This document shows positions 8,887-19,015 of a DNA stretch of 64,000 nucleotides, in pieces. Every line of letters starts with the position of its first letter. Position 1 is the stretch's first letter. The position numbers and the translations under genes are program-made. Source of the DNA: a virus; IMG/VR virus record IMGVR_UViG_3300044613_002638, positions 32,001 to 96,000 of that record. One strand, 5' to 3'. The notes below the pieces were generated by a model that saw only the letters and a list, made by a program, of their open reading frames with translations, was not told the DNA's origin and ran no database searches.

Positions 8887-8919
8887 CCTATAAATAATTG
8901 ATAACACTATATTTATAGG
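8887..8919. promoter_or_regulatory. Pair of oppositely oriented T4-type late promoters (TATAAATA)
   Basis: TATAAATA at 8889-8896 (+) and at 8910-8917 (-), forming the perfect inverted repeat cctataaata/tatttatagg between divergent genes. Confidence 0.75.
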
Positions 8920-8927
8920 CAGAAATT

Positions 8928-11492
8928 ATGGCAGATGCAGATGTTCAACAGGCATTACAGGCACTAGCACAGTTAGGTGCAGCAGCAGGGGGTTCACGAG
9001 CAGCGGTAGCATCCGTTGGTCAAAGTATGGCTAGACTGCGTATAGAGATGCAACGCGGCACAGGAACCATACAATCTAATGCTGCTGCACTACAAAGATT
9101 AGCAAGTGATTTTGAAGATCTAGATGAAGGTGTAAGAAAGTCAACGGCTGGACAGGCCATGCTGGCAGAACAGACTAGAATGGCCGGTCAGATCATGCGT
9201 GATGCCAGTGGTCAACTATCTGCAGGTTTGTTAAAAGGCGGCCTAGTTGAAGCTATAGATTATGTTGCAAAACAAATATACAGCACAATATCAAGTTATC
9301 AAGATGGTGCCAGCGGTATCCAAACAGCGTTTAACATGCAAAACGCTGCTATGGAAAGTCAAATTAGGATATTAGATAGACTGAGTCAAGGTGCCACTGT
9401 AGCAGCCGAAACTCTAGCACTGATACCAAGCCCCTATGCCAAAGCGGCAGCTGCCTTGTCAGGACTGGTAGCAGGTGCAGCAGGACTTGGCAAAGGGCTA
9501 AGTGAAATGCAAACTAAAGCATTTCAAGGTTTTCAAAAAGAAGTAGCTACAACTGTAATGTCATTTGACATCTTGAACAAAAGCGGAGCATTGGTAACAG
9601 GTGGCTTTACTGGTATGCGTAGAACAGCTGGTGAGCTACAGCTAACACTTCCTGAGCTTTCAAAAACTGTAAATGAAAATAAAAGAGATTTGACTGAGTT
9701 TGGAAATAGTGTGATTGGCGGAGTTAAAAAAGTAAAAAATGTTGGAATAGCATTTACACAATTAGCAACACAAGGCAAAGATCTAAGAAAAGAATTGGAG
9801 TACGCTGGTTATTCATCTCAAGAACAAGTGGATGGTTTAGTTCAGTATATGGAAATGTTAAACAAATCCGGACAGCTACGGTCAAAAAGTGACACTGAGA
9901 TAGCAATAGGAGCTACTGAATATCTTAAAAATCTAAAGGCGATTTCAGCGTTTACCGGAGAAGATGTTAAAACAGCACAAAAACGGGCACAACAAGCCAG
10001 CGAGCAGTTAGCAGTTCAAGCAAAATTGAACAAACAAGGTCCGGGTGCTATGGAAAGATTTACGTCGGCTGTTGCTAGTATGGGGCCAGAAATACAAAAA
10101 GGCCTGCAACAAATGACAGCTTTTGATGGTACCATAGTAGATAAAAATTTAAATCAACTGTTAGCAGCTAGCCCTACACGTAAAAAATTATTAGAAGAAA
10201 CTTATGCAGACATGCAAAATTCTGCCCTTGGTGCAGAAGAAGTTAATAAACGATACCAACAGAGAGTAAAAGAATATGGCGATGCTCTAAAAAATGAAGC
10301 ATTAGCAGCCGGAGAAACATATGGTGCTATTACTTTGGCAACAGGTGCCCAGGGCGACGTGACTAATATGTTACAGCAACAGGCAGATCTAGGAAGAAAA
10401 GGCGAAGCTGCTAGAGAAAAAGAAATAGCTGCCTTGGGTGACACTACAGTACAAATGAGTAGACTAGTAACTGAAGGAATTGATCCGTTTAGAGATTCTA
10501 TCATTGCAGCAGAACGAGTAAATCGCGAAAGACTGCCGCGGATGATCAATGATATGACTGGTGTCACTGAAGCCTATGTGCGAACGTTAAACCCAGCCAA
10601 GATGATGGCTGAACAAGAAAAGCAAATGAGAGAACTAATGACAAAAGCACTAGGTGAATTTGCCAAAACAGATATTTTTACAAAACCAGGCGGTCGAGCA
10701 GCTGAAGTAATGACAGGCACTGTAGATGTATTGGTTAAAGGTTTAAGCGTGGCGTCTGATAAACTAGGCAAGGCAGCAGACAAGTTAGGAAAATTTGCCG
10801 ATGATGTAGGAAATTTAATAAAGAAAATTCCTGGTGTTGGGTCTACCAGAGACTCTGGCACCTTGGGAATGACAGGATCCTTATTTGAAAAAGAAGATTT
10901 TTTTGGTAAAGTTGCTAAAGGTGAAACTGTTCTTACACCACAACAATTAGAAAATCTAGTAAAAGGAGTAAGTACCACTGGCATTCAAGCAGGTCAGCGA
11001 TCAACAGATAAGCTAGATGCAAATATGGCATCTGTATTTGAACAGTTTACTGATAAAAATAAATCTGGTGTAGATGATGTAAAAAATACTATAACATCAA
11101 TGTTTGGTAAATTATCTGCAGTTAAACAACCTGATATAAATCTAGCAGTACCAAATCCAAAAAATGATAATTTGCAAATAAGCAGTAACCAGATAAAAGA
11201 TAGTTTTGCACAATCAATGGCAGCATTTCAACAACAAAAACTAGAAGCAGAAACAGCCAAACCTGCTGCGGATGATACAGAATCTACAAAGATAGTTGAA
11301 GCAATACAAGAAGCTTTTTCTGGACAAAACGGCTTTAATCAGATGTTATCTAGCCTTAAAGGACAATTAGAAACAGACAATGGTAAGCAAATAGCTGTAT
11401 TACAGGAACAGGTATCAAAATTAGAAGACTTATTATCAGCCATGCAAGACAATGTAGATTACTCAAAAAGAATAGCTGACAACATAGCTTAA
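8928..11492 (+). CDS. Probable tail tape measure protein
   Basis: 854 aa, Ala/Gln/Gly-rich and helical; C-terminal 'GETVLTPQQL' segment; adjacent to a frameshifting chaperone. Confidence 0.65.
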   Translation: MADADVQQALQALAQLGAAAGGSRAAVASVGQSMARLRIEMQRGTGTIQSNAAALQRLASDFEDLDEGVRKSTAGQAMLAEQTRMAGQIMRDASGQLSAGLLKGGLVEAIDYVAKQIYSTISSYQDGASGIQTAFNMQNAAMESQIRILDRLSQGATVAAETLALIPSPYAKAAAALSGLVAGAAGLGKGLSEMQTKAFQGFQKEVATTVMSFDILNKSGALVTGGFTGMRRTAGELQLTLPELSKTVNENKRDLTEFGNSVIGGVKKVKNVGIAFTQLATQGKDLRKELEYAGYSSQEQVDGLVQYMEMLNKSGQLRSKSDTEIAIGATEYLKNLKAISAFTGEDVKTAQKRAQQASEQLAVQAKLNKQGPGAMERFTSAVASMGPEIQKGLQQMTAFDGTIVDKNLNQLLAASPTRKKLLEETYADMQNSALGAEEVNKRYQQRVKEYGDALKNEALAAGETYGAITLATGAQGDVTNMLQQQADLGRKGEAAREKEIAALGDTTVQMSRLVTEGIDPFRDSIIAAERVNRERLPRMINDMTGVTEAYVRTLNPAKMMAEQEKQMRELMTKALGEFAKTDIFTKPGGRAAEVMTGTVDVLVKGLSVASDKLGKAADKLGKFADDVGNLIKKIPGVGSTRDSGTLGMTGSLFEKEDFFGKVAKGETVLTPQQLENLVKGVSTTGIQAGQRSTDKLDANMASVFEQFTDKNKSGVDDVKNTITSMFGKLSAVKQPDINLAVPNPKNDNLQISSNQIKDSFAQSMAAFQQQKLEAETAKPAADDTESTKIVEAIQEAFSGQNGFNQMLSSLKGQLETDNGKQIAVLQEQVSKLEDLLSAMQDNVDYSKRIADNIA

Positions 11493-11498
11493 ACACGG

Positions 11499-11504
11499 TA
11501 AATA
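11499..11504 (+). promoter_or_regulatory. Late promoter core TAAATA upstream of portal
   Basis: The same hexamer recurs a few to ~75 nt before most structural genes: 13249, 13540, 16362, 17641, 18277, 23626, 28149, 32928, 36228, 38673, 43812, 53833, 59280 and 61683 on +; 57743 and 61623 on -. Confidence 0.65.
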
Positions 11505-11525
11505 CTATATTCATTGAGATAACAT

Positions 11526-13238
11526 ATGACTTGGCGTAAGTATTTTAAAAGTAGCAATCTACCCAGTAACATTAGTCCTCTAGGCAGTGGTCGTATGCCA
11601 GATCCTGGTTACAGAAACTATCAGAGCAATCTTCCAGATGTGTATATAGGACACCCTAATCGTATTGAACGTTATAATCAATATGAACAAATGGACATGG
11701 ATTCAGAAATTAATGCAGCTTTAGATATTTTATCTGAGTTTATGACTCAGAAAAACGAAGCTAACAATACTCCATTTGACATTAAATTTAAAGATGATCC
11801 TACAGATAATGAAGTAAAAATTATAAAAGAACAACTTCAACAATGGGTCAAATTAAACGAATTTAACAGCAGAATATTTAAAATAGTAAGAAATACCATA
11901 AAATACGGTGATCAAGTGTTTGTTCGTGATCCAGAAAACTTTAAATTATTCTGGGTAGAAATGAGTAAAGTGGTCAAGGTTATTGTTAATGAAAGTGAAG
12001 GCAAAAAACCTGAGCAGTATATTTTAAAAGACATTAATCCTAACTTTGAAAATCTTACAGTCACAGCAGTGACTACGTCTGACCAATACATGAACCATCC
12101 ACAAGTAGGCGGTCCAAGTGGTAGTTACATTCAACCTAGTGTACCAACAGGCGGTGGCGGCAGATTTACTCGTGCGCAAAATGAAGCAGCGATCAATTCT
12201 GAACATGTTGTGCATCTAAGTTTAACCGAAGGTTTAGATGTATATTGGCCATTTGGCACAAGTGTACTAGAAAATGTTTTCAAAGTGTTTAAGCAAAAAG
12301 AATTACTAGAAGACGCAATTATTATCTATCGAGTGCAACGTGCTCCTGAGCGTAGAGTATTTAAAATCGACGTGGGTAATATGCCCAGTCACATGGCTAT
12401 GGCATTTGTTGAGCGTATCAAAAACGAAATCAGTCAGCGTAGAATTCCTACACAAACAGGCGGTGGTGCCAACATGATGGATGCCACTTACAATCCATTG
12501 GCACAAATGGAAGATTATTTTTTCCCTGTAACAGCCGAAGGTCGCGGATCTAGTGTTGACACATTACAAGGCGCAAGTAACCTAGGAGAAATCACAGACT
12601 TACGCTATTTTACAAACAAATTATTCCGTGGCCTGCGTATTCCTAGCAGTTACTTGCCGGTTACCCTGGAAGACGGTACACAAGCATTCAATGACGGGCG
12701 TGTGGGTACAGCCTTGATTCAAGAATGGCGATTTAATCAATATTGCCAGAGACTACAAAGCAGTATTATTGAAACTCTAGATCAGGAGTTTAAACTGTTT
12801 ATGCGTTGGCGCGGTGTAAACATTGATAGTCAGTTATTTGAATTAATATTTGAACCGCCACAGAACTTTGCACAGTATCGCCAGGCTGATGTTGACAGTG
12901 CTAGAATTGCTACATTCACTGCACTTGAGGCATATCCATACTTTAGTAAACGTTATCTAATGAAACGTTATTTGGGTATGAGTGAACAAGAAATGAGCGA
13001 AAATGAAACCATGTGGTCAGAAGAACAAGGTGATGTTGAGCTAGCCCCGGTCGAAGATCCCAATTTAAGAAGTGTAGGTATAAGTCCAGGTGGTATAGCT
13101 GGCGATTTAGAAAATGTTGCTCCGCCCACAGAAACTCCTCCAGAAGGTGAAGCCGGCGCACCAGGCGGAGCAGTACCAGCAGCAGGAGGACCAGTGGGCG
13201 TTCCTGCACAAACGGCACCCGCTGGTGCAACAATTTAA
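11526..13238 (+). CDS. gp20: Portal vertex protein
   Basis: 'LLEDAIIIYRVQRAPERRVFKIDVGNMP', 'EDYFFP' and 'LRIPSSYL' are T4 gp20 motifs. Confidence 0.95.
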   Translation: MTWRKYFKSSNLPSNISPLGSGRMPDPGYRNYQSNLPDVYIGHPNRIERYNQYEQMDMDSEINAALDILSEFMTQKNEANNTPFDIKFKDDPTDNEVKIIKEQLQQWVKLNEFNSRIFKIVRNTIKYGDQVFVRDPENFKLFWVEMSKVVKVIVNESEGKKPEQYILKDINPNFENLTVTAVTTSDQYMNHPQVGGPSGSYIQPSVPTGGGGRFTRAQNEAAINSEHVVHLSLTEGLDVYWPFGTSVLENVFKVFKQKELLEDAIIIYRVQRAPERRVFKIDVGNMPSHMAMAFVERIKNEISQRRIPTQTGGGANMMDATYNPLAQMEDYFFPVTAEGRGSSVDTLQGASNLGEITDLRYFTNKLFRGLRIPSSYLPVTLEDGTQAFNDGRVGTALIQEWRFNQYCQRLQSSIIETLDQEFKLFMRWRGVNIDSQLFELIFEPPQNFAQYRQADVDSARIATFTALEAYPYFSKRYLMKRYLGMSEQEMSENETMWSEEQGDVELAPVEDPNLRSVGISPGGIAGDLENVAPPTETPPEGEAGAPGGAVPAAGGPVGVPAQTAPAGATI

Positions 13239-13259
13239 CAGGTTTGAGTAAATAGTATT

Positions 13260-13484
13260 ATGATTGTTACAGAATTATTTGACCCTGCTAAACCTGGATA
13301 CGAAACTCCTAGCTTGGATAATACACCTCTTAAGCTGTCAGATCTACGCAAAACTAGACTTACTCTAGCCGATCTAAGCAGACTGAGAATGGCCAATGAT
13401 GTACGTAAAGTAGAACACGAAAAGAAATTAGAAAAAGTATCAAAACAGTATAAACCGCCTGCAGCAGCACCTGCACCGATGTAG
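13260..13484 (+). CDS. Small head-module protein, unknown function
   Basis: Lies between portal and scaffold genes and has its own TAAATA. Confidence 0.6.
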   Translation: MIVTELFDPAKPGYETPSLDNTPLKLSDLRKTRLTLADLSRLRMANDVRKVEHEKKLEKVSKQYKPPAAAPAPM

Positions 13485-13580
13485 TCCGCCTAAATCCTTC
13501 AAAAAAACACCATTTAACCCCATTATCTAGGTATTTTAGTAAATAAAATACAGCCATATTATTATTTTAAGGAGTCCCTA

Positions 13581-14585
13581 ATGAACAAATATGAACAGCT
13601 AATTGAACACATTATCAACGACGAGGAAGACAAAGCTCGTGCGTTGTTTCACGAAATCGTGGTTGAAAAATCACGTGACATTTACGAAAGTCTAATGGAT
13701 GAAGAGTATGCCGAAGAAGCAGTAGGCGGTGATCAAGTTGAGTCCATGGTTGACGAAATCTCTATGGATGAAACAGACGGCATCGGTGAAGGCGACGACG
13801 AAGATGACGGCGAACTAGACATGGGCGACATGAGCAGCATGGATGACTCAGGCGACGATCATCATGACGATGTAGGCGGCGACGAAAATCTAGAGCAAAA
13901 AGTTATGGATCTCGAGTCAGAATTAGAAGCATTGAAAGCAGAATTTGAACAACTGATGGGCGGCGACGACGACATGGGCGACGACATGGGCATGGATGAC
14001 ATGGGCATGGATGACATGGGAGACGACATGGGTGGCAACGGTGACGAATTCAAGATGATGGAAGAGTCAGACGACGAAGAAGAAATGACCGAAGCCAAAG
14101 AAGAAGATGACGAAAAAGATGACGACGACAAAGTAGAAGAGTCTGTATACGAGTCAAAGCGTCAGCCACTACAAAAGACCGCAGTAGATCTAATGCGTGA
14201 ATATGTAGAAAAAATCAGCGCACCAAGCAACACAGAAGGTCAGCCAGCAGGTACTAGTACAGGCGGCGATCACGCAAATGTAAACACCCAGTCAACAGTA
14301 GCAGGTAAAAACGACATGGGCGGTACTGCTAAAAATTTAGTACAAGGTGGCACTGGTGCAGATGCTAATCCTGATGGCACAAGTCCAAAAGGTAAAGTTG
14401 ATGGCAAACTAGTAAAGAATGTACAAGAGATTGACGTTGCTAAACGCAATGTAAATAAGCCCGGTGGTAACAAAGGTGCGCAGAATTTCTACAACACCAA
14501 AGCTGGTGCCAAAAAGGGCGAAGGGCAAACTACCGATGGCTCAGTACCTGTCCAGAAGAAGAGTATTGAACCAGGTGGTAATTAA
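13581..14585 (+). CDS. Acidic prohead core/scaffold-like protein
   Basis: Very D/E-rich with DDMG repeats; strong RBS (aaggag); located between portal and protease. Confidence 0.65.
   Translation: MNKYEQLIEHIINDEEDKARALFHEIVVEKSRDIYESLMDEEYAEEAVGGDQVESMVDEISMDETDGIGEGDDEDDGELDMGDMSSMDDSGDDHHDDVGGDENLEQKVMDLESELEALKAEFEQLMGGDDDMGDDMGMDDMGMDDMGDDMGGNGDEFKMMEESDDEEEMTEAKEEDDEKDDDDKVEESVYESKRQPLQKTAVDLMREYVEKISAPSNTEGQPAGTSTGGDHANVNTQSTVAGKNDMGGTAKNLVQGGTGADANPDGTSPKGKVDGKLVKNVQEIDVAKRNVNKPGGNKGAQNFYNTKAGAKKGEGQTTDGSVPVQKKSIEPGGN
13965..14035 (+). repeat. Coding tandem repeat (DDMG/MDDMG)
   Basis: About 5 gacgacatgggc/gatgacatgggc units. Confidence 0.8.
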
Positions 14586-14598
14586 TTAGGGCAATAAT

Positions 14599-15240
14599 AT
14601 GGCTTTGTACCTAAAAGAAGATCTTACTTTTGACCGTGCTCAGATAGAAGTCTTATCCGAAGATTCTACTAACGGTCAAGGTAAGAATCTGTATATGAAA
14701 GGGATATTCATTGAGGGCGGCGTGAAAAATGCTAACCAACGTGTTTATCCCGTTCACGAAATTGAAAAAGCCGTTACGCAGATTAACGAACAAATCAAGA
14801 GCGGACACAGTGTTCTTGGTGAAGTTGATCACCCTGATGACCTAAAAATTAATTTGGATCGTGTAAGTCACATGATTGAAGGCATGTGGATGGACGGTCC
14901 TTGCGGCCACGGTAAATTAAAAATCCTACCAACACCAATGGGCAAACTAGTTGAAGCTATGTTGACTAGTGGTGTAAAGTTAGGCGTTAGTAGTCGTGGA
15001 TCAGGTGAAGTAAATGAAAGTTCGGGACATGTCAGTGGTTTTGATATTATTACTGTTGACATTGTAGCACAGCCTTCGGCTCCGCATGCATATCCTAAAG
15101 CAATCTATGAGGGCTTGATGAATATGCGTCATGGACACCGAGTGTTAGAAGTGGCTCGTGATGCCACACAAGATCAAAAAGTACAGAAGTACCTGAAAGA
15201 AGGCCTAACACGCCTAATCAATGACCTTAAGTTAAAATAG
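14599..15240 (+). CDS. gp21: Prohead core protease
   Basis: 'NANQRVYP', 'GEVDHP', 'GVSSRGSG' and 'DIVAQPSAP' motifs. Confidence 0.93.
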   Translation: MALYLKEDLTFDRAQIEVLSEDSTNGQGKNLYMKGIFIEGGVKNANQRVYPVHEIEKAVTQINEQIKSGHSVLGEVDHPDDLKINLDRVSHMIEGMWMDGPCGHGKLKILPTPMGKLVEAMLTSGVKLGVSSRGSGEVNESSGHVSGFDIITVDIVAQPSAPHAYPKAIYEGLMNMRHGHRVLEVARDATQDQKVQKYLKEGLTRLINDLKLK

Positions 15241-15250
15241 GAGAAACCTG

Positions 15251-16357
15251 ATGTTATTAGATGCTATCAAACCATTGGTAGACAGCGGCATCATAAACGA
15301 AGATACTAAGCAGGCAATTAGCGAAGCTTGGGAAGCAAAACTTCTCGAAGCTCGTGAAAGTGTTCGTGCAGAACTTCGCGAAGAATTCGCTCAAAGATAC
15401 CAACATGACAAGCAAGTTATGGTTGAAGCTCTAGACAAAATGGTAACTGAATCTCTACAAAACGAACTCGAAGAGTTTGCAGCAGAGAAACAAGCTCTAG
15501 CAGAAGATCGTGCGAAATTTAAAGTTCACATGGTCGAAAACAGTACTAAGTTTAATAATTTCATGGTTAGCAAACTAGCCGAAGAAATTAAAGAACTGCG
15601 CGAAGACCGTAAACAATATGAAAATAGTATTAGTAAGCTAGAATCATTTGTTATCAAGTCTTTAGCAGAAGAAATTTCTGAGTTTGAGCAAGACAAGCAA
15701 GCAGTGGTTGAGACAAAAGTTCGTCTAATTGCTGGTGCTAAAGACAAGCTTGCTGAATTACAACAGAATTTTATTAGTCGTTCTGCAGAACTAGTTAAGG
15801 AATCAATTACCAAGAAACTAGAGTCAGAAATGACTCAACTCAAAGAAGACATCCAAATTGCTCGCGAGAACATGTTTGGTCGTCAACTCTTTGAAGCTTT
15901 TGCAAGTGAATTTGCAGTTACTCACTTAAATGAGAACAAAGAAATTCGCAAGCTACAGGCTGTCATTGCCACTAAAGAGCAAGCACTGCAAGAGGCACAA
16001 GCTCAAGCAGAACAAGCCGCAATGATTGTTGAATCAAAAGACAAAGAGATTAAGATTATTAAAGAATCAACAGAACGTAAGGAAATCCTTACTAATCTAT
16101 TGAAAACTTTAAACAAGGAGAAAGCTGTAGTCATGAGCGAACTTCTTGAAAGTGTGCAAACTGCAAAGTTGCAGAGTGCATACGAAAAGTATCTACCAGC
16201 AGTACTAAACAACACAGCAGCACCTGCAGCAAAGCCAAAAACAATGCTCGCAGAAGGCCGTGTAGAAGTAACTGGTGATAAATCTGCTACAACACCTGCA
16301 GTCGAAGAAAACGTACATAATGTTTTTGAGATCAAGCGTTTAGCAGGGCTTAAGTAA
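15251..16357 (+). CDS. gp22: Prohead scaffolding protein (gp22-like)
   Basis: Long acidic coiled coil between the protease and capsid genes. Confidence 0.75.
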   Translation: MLLDAIKPLVDSGIINEDTKQAISEAWEAKLLEARESVRAELREEFAQRYQHDKQVMVEALDKMVTESLQNELEEFAAEKQALAEDRAKFKVHMVENSTKFNNFMVSKLAEEIKELREDRKQYENSISKLESFVIKSLAEEISEFEQDKQAVVETKVRLIAGAKDKLAELQQNFISRSAELVKESITKKLESEMTQLKEDIQIARENMFGRQLFEAFASEFAVTHLNENKEIRKLQAVIATKEQALQEAQAQAEQAAMIVESKDKEIKIIKESTERKEILTNLLKTLNKEKAVVMSELLESVQTAKLQSAYEKYLPAVLNNTAAPAAKPKTMLAEGRVEVTGDKSATTPAVEENVHNVFEIKRLAGLK

Positions 16358-16384
16358 ACCCTAAATAGGAGAAAAGGAATAAAA

Positions 16385-17581
16385 ATGACACAAGCATTAC
16401 TAGAAAGCCGTTGGGGCGAAACTAAAGACGCTCTGTTAGAAGGCTTAAACGGTTCTAAAAGAACCACAATGGGTGTAATCCTCGAGAACACTCGCAAGCA
16501 CTTGATGGAAGCAGCTACAGCTGGTGCTACAGCCGCTTCAAACGTTGCAACACTAAATCGTGTAATTCTACCAGTTATTCGACGTGTGATGCCAACAGTT
16601 ATTGCAAACGAAATCGTTGGTGTTCAGCCAATGACTGGACCTGTTGCACAGATCCATACTCTACGTGTTCGTTATGCAGACAACACCACTGACACTGCTA
16701 GCCCATACGCTACTGGTACCACAGCTGGTGATGAAGCACTAAGTCCATTTAAGATTGCTGTTGCTTACTCCGGTTTAACCGCAGGTGGTACAGCTACAAC
16801 TGGTAAGGCAGCTACTACTTCTACTCTAGAAGGTGTACCTGGTAACCGTATCAACGTACAAATCTTAAAGCAAGTTGTTGAAGCGAAAACACGTAAGTTA
16901 AGTGCTCGCTGGACATTTGAAGCTGCTCAAGATGCACAAGCCATGCATGGTTTGGATATTGAAGCAGAAATCATGGCAGCTCTAGCACAAGAAATCACTG
17001 TTGAAATTGACCAAGAAATTCTTGGTTCACTACGCAGTCTTTCTGCTACTGAGTTTACATTTGACCAAGCTGCTGTAAGTGGTACTGCAACATTCGTTGG
17101 TGACGAACACGCTGCTTTAGCTGTTCTAATCAATCGTACAGCAAACCTAATCGCTTCACGTACACGTCGTGGTGCTGGTAACTGGGCAGTTGTTAGCCCA
17201 GCAGCTTTAACTGTACTACAAAGCGCAACAACTTCAGCATTTGCTCGTACAACTGAAGGTACCTTTGAAGCACCTACTAACACTAAGTTTGTTGGTACAT
17301 TAAATGGCGCAATGCGTATCTATGTTGACAGCTATGCAAGCGATACACAGGCAGTTTTAGTTGGTTATAAGGGTTCAAGCGAGGCTGATGCAGCCGCGTT
17401 CTACTGCCCATATATTCCTCTAATGAGTTCTGGTGTTGTTCTAGATCCAGCAACATTTGAACCAGTAGTTGGCTTTATGACACGTTACGGTTATGTTGAG
17501 TTGACAAACACAGCATCATCGTTCGGTAACGCAGCCGACTACCTAGGTGAGATTGCTGTTTCTAACCTATCGTTCCAGTAA
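16385..17581 (+). CDS. gp23: Major capsid protein
   Basis: 'IVGVQPMTGP', 'AKTRKLSARWTFEAAQD', 'FYCPYIPL' and 'FMTRYG'. Confidence 0.96.
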   Translation: MTQALLESRWGETKDALLEGLNGSKRTTMGVILENTRKHLMEAATAGATAASNVATLNRVILPVIRRVMPTVIANEIVGVQPMTGPVAQIHTLRVRYADNTTDTASPYATGTTAGDEALSPFKIAVAYSGLTAGGTATTGKAATTSTLEGVPGNRINVQILKQVVEAKTRKLSARWTFEAAQDAQAMHGLDIEAEIMAALAQEITVEIDQEILGSLRSLSATEFTFDQAAVSGTATFVGDEHAALAVLINRTANLIASRTRRGAGNWAVVSPAALTVLQSATTSAFARTTEGTFEAPTNTKFVGTLNGAMRIYVDSYASDTQAVLVGYKGSSEADAAAFYCPYIPLMSSGVVLDPATFEPVVGFMTRYGYVELTNTASSFGNAADYLGEIAVSNLSFQ

Positions 17582-17606
17582 TTTTCCACTCGGGATGGGA
17601 AACATT

Positions 17607-17629
17607 AAAGGGCCGCAAGGCCCTTTTTT
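17607..17629 (+). terminator. Rho-independent terminator after capsid gene
   Basis: aaagggcc-gcaa-ggcccttt followed by a T-run. Confidence 0.88.
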
Positions 17630-17716
17630 GTTGGGTACAATAAATATTATTGTTCACAAGAACTTATGCGGAGCCAACCGTGTAGGCCTAGAACGCCAAC
17701 TTTAAGGAGAATAAAA

Positions 17717-18208
17717 ATGGCAAGAGGTTTAAAAATTAGTCATGAGCGTAGTGATGGTACTTTAGTTGATCAAGAAGTAAGTACAACAATAAGTTCAATT
17801 GGTGGTACAGGCGGTATACCCCAATGGATTACTGTACAAGGTGTAAAAACTGTTAAAGTTCAATTTAGAACTGATGCAGGTATTTTACATGCTAATGCTT
17901 ATATCATTGCACAGAAAGGTGCTAAACAGTTTTTAGTTGCAAACGCCGTAGGCGCAGTAGGAAGTCACACACAATCAAATGCTAGCATTACTGTTGCAAC
18001 ATTGACAGCAGGTGCTGATGCAGCAAACGCCGAGCCAGCAAGTGGATCAAGTACTATGACTGTTACAGGTTATAATACAAGCAATGTCCGTTTTTATGTA
18101 AAGCGTATTTCTAATAAATTTGTTTGGGATTTCAGTGATAATAGATATCGCTGGAGAACTAGCGACAGTGTTGCTACTTCAACTTTTGCTAATGTTGAAT
18201 GTCATTGA
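17717..18208 (+). CDS. Virion protein, possibly head decoration
   Basis: Strong RBS taaggaga before ATG 17717; own TAAATA and terminator; immediately after the capsid gene. Confidence 0.6.
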   Translation: MARGLKISHERSDGTLVDQEVSTTISSIGGTGGIPQWITVQGVKTVKVQFRTDAGILHANAYIIAQKGAKQFLVANAVGAVGSHTQSNASITVATLTAGADAANAEPASGSSTMTVTGYNTSNVRFYVKRISNKFVWDFSDNRYRWRTSDSVATSTFANVECH

Positions 18209-18225
18209 CCTTCATCAAACGGTAG

Positions 18226-18249
18226 AAACCCGCTTCGGCGGGTTTTTTT
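18226..18249 (+). terminator. Rho-independent terminator
   Basis: aaacccgc-ttcg-gcgggttt followed by a T-run. Confidence 0.9.
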
Positions 18250-18301
18250 ATTGGATCACTCAAACTTATATTAGCATAAATATTATTAATAAGGACATTA
18301 T

Positions 18302-18682
18302 ATGCCAGTAGTTAAAAGTTTAAATACTGATTACATCATTACCAATAAGTTAAAGGCTAATGCTAACATAACTTTATCTACAGATACAGTTTTTATTCAA
18401 GGTAACTTGTATGTTGGAGGAAATGCCACTGCCGTAACAAAAACTGATTTAAATATCACTGATAACATAATTACACTTAACGCAGGGGAAACTGGCCCTG
18501 GCGTATCATTAATTACTTCTGGTATTAATGTTGATCGAGGCTCGTTAGCTAATGTAGCAGTATTATGGAATGAAACACTAGGCCAATGGACACTAACCAA
18601 TGATGGTAGTACCTACGGTGTTATTCAAACAGTAACCGTGGGATCAGTGACATCACCACAAGTCTATGCCCTAGTATTATAA
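18302..18682 (+). CDS. Small virion/fibre-associated protein
   Basis: 'DNIITLN...GINVDRG...VLWNE' module resembles the N-terminal parts of the 23656 and 27424 proteins. Confidence 0.6.
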   Translation: MPVVKSLNTDYIITNKLKANANITLSTDTVFIQGNLYVGGNATAVTKTDLNITDNIITLNAGETGPGVSLITSGINVDRGSLANVAVLWNETLGQWTLTNDGSTYGVIQTVTVGSVTSPQVYALVL

Positions 18683-18691
18683 GGAATAAAA

Positions 18692-19015
18692 ATGGCAATT
18701 CACAGTACAGTTTTAGTAGATACAGGACAACAAGCAGCTAATGTGTTAGAATCATCAGGAGTCAGCGGCGTAGCTGTCACTACTATGTATTTTTGCAATA
18801 CAAACACTGCTGCCACTGCGTTTACGTTGCATGTAGTTGGAGCAGGATTTATTGCTAACGCAAACAACATTGTTTATAAAAATAAAGTAATTACAGCAGG
18901 TGACACTTATGTAGTTGATTGGGAAAAATTAGTTTTAGGACCCGGCGACACTATAAGAGGTAACGCAAATGTGGGTAATTCTATTGTAGCTACAGTAAGC
19001 ACTATAGGTGTATAA
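18692..19015 (+). CDS. ~110-aa beta-rich virion protein, likely paralog of 31229/33236/36907/39007
   Basis: Shared pattern 'xCN...F.LxV...I.AxDT...LxLxxGDxI'. Confidence 0.6.
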   Translation: MAIHSTVLVDTGQQAANVLESSGVSGVAVTTMYFCNTNTAATAFTLHVVGAGFIANANNIVYKNKVITAGDTYVVDWEKLVLGPGDTIRGNANVGNSIVATVSTIGV

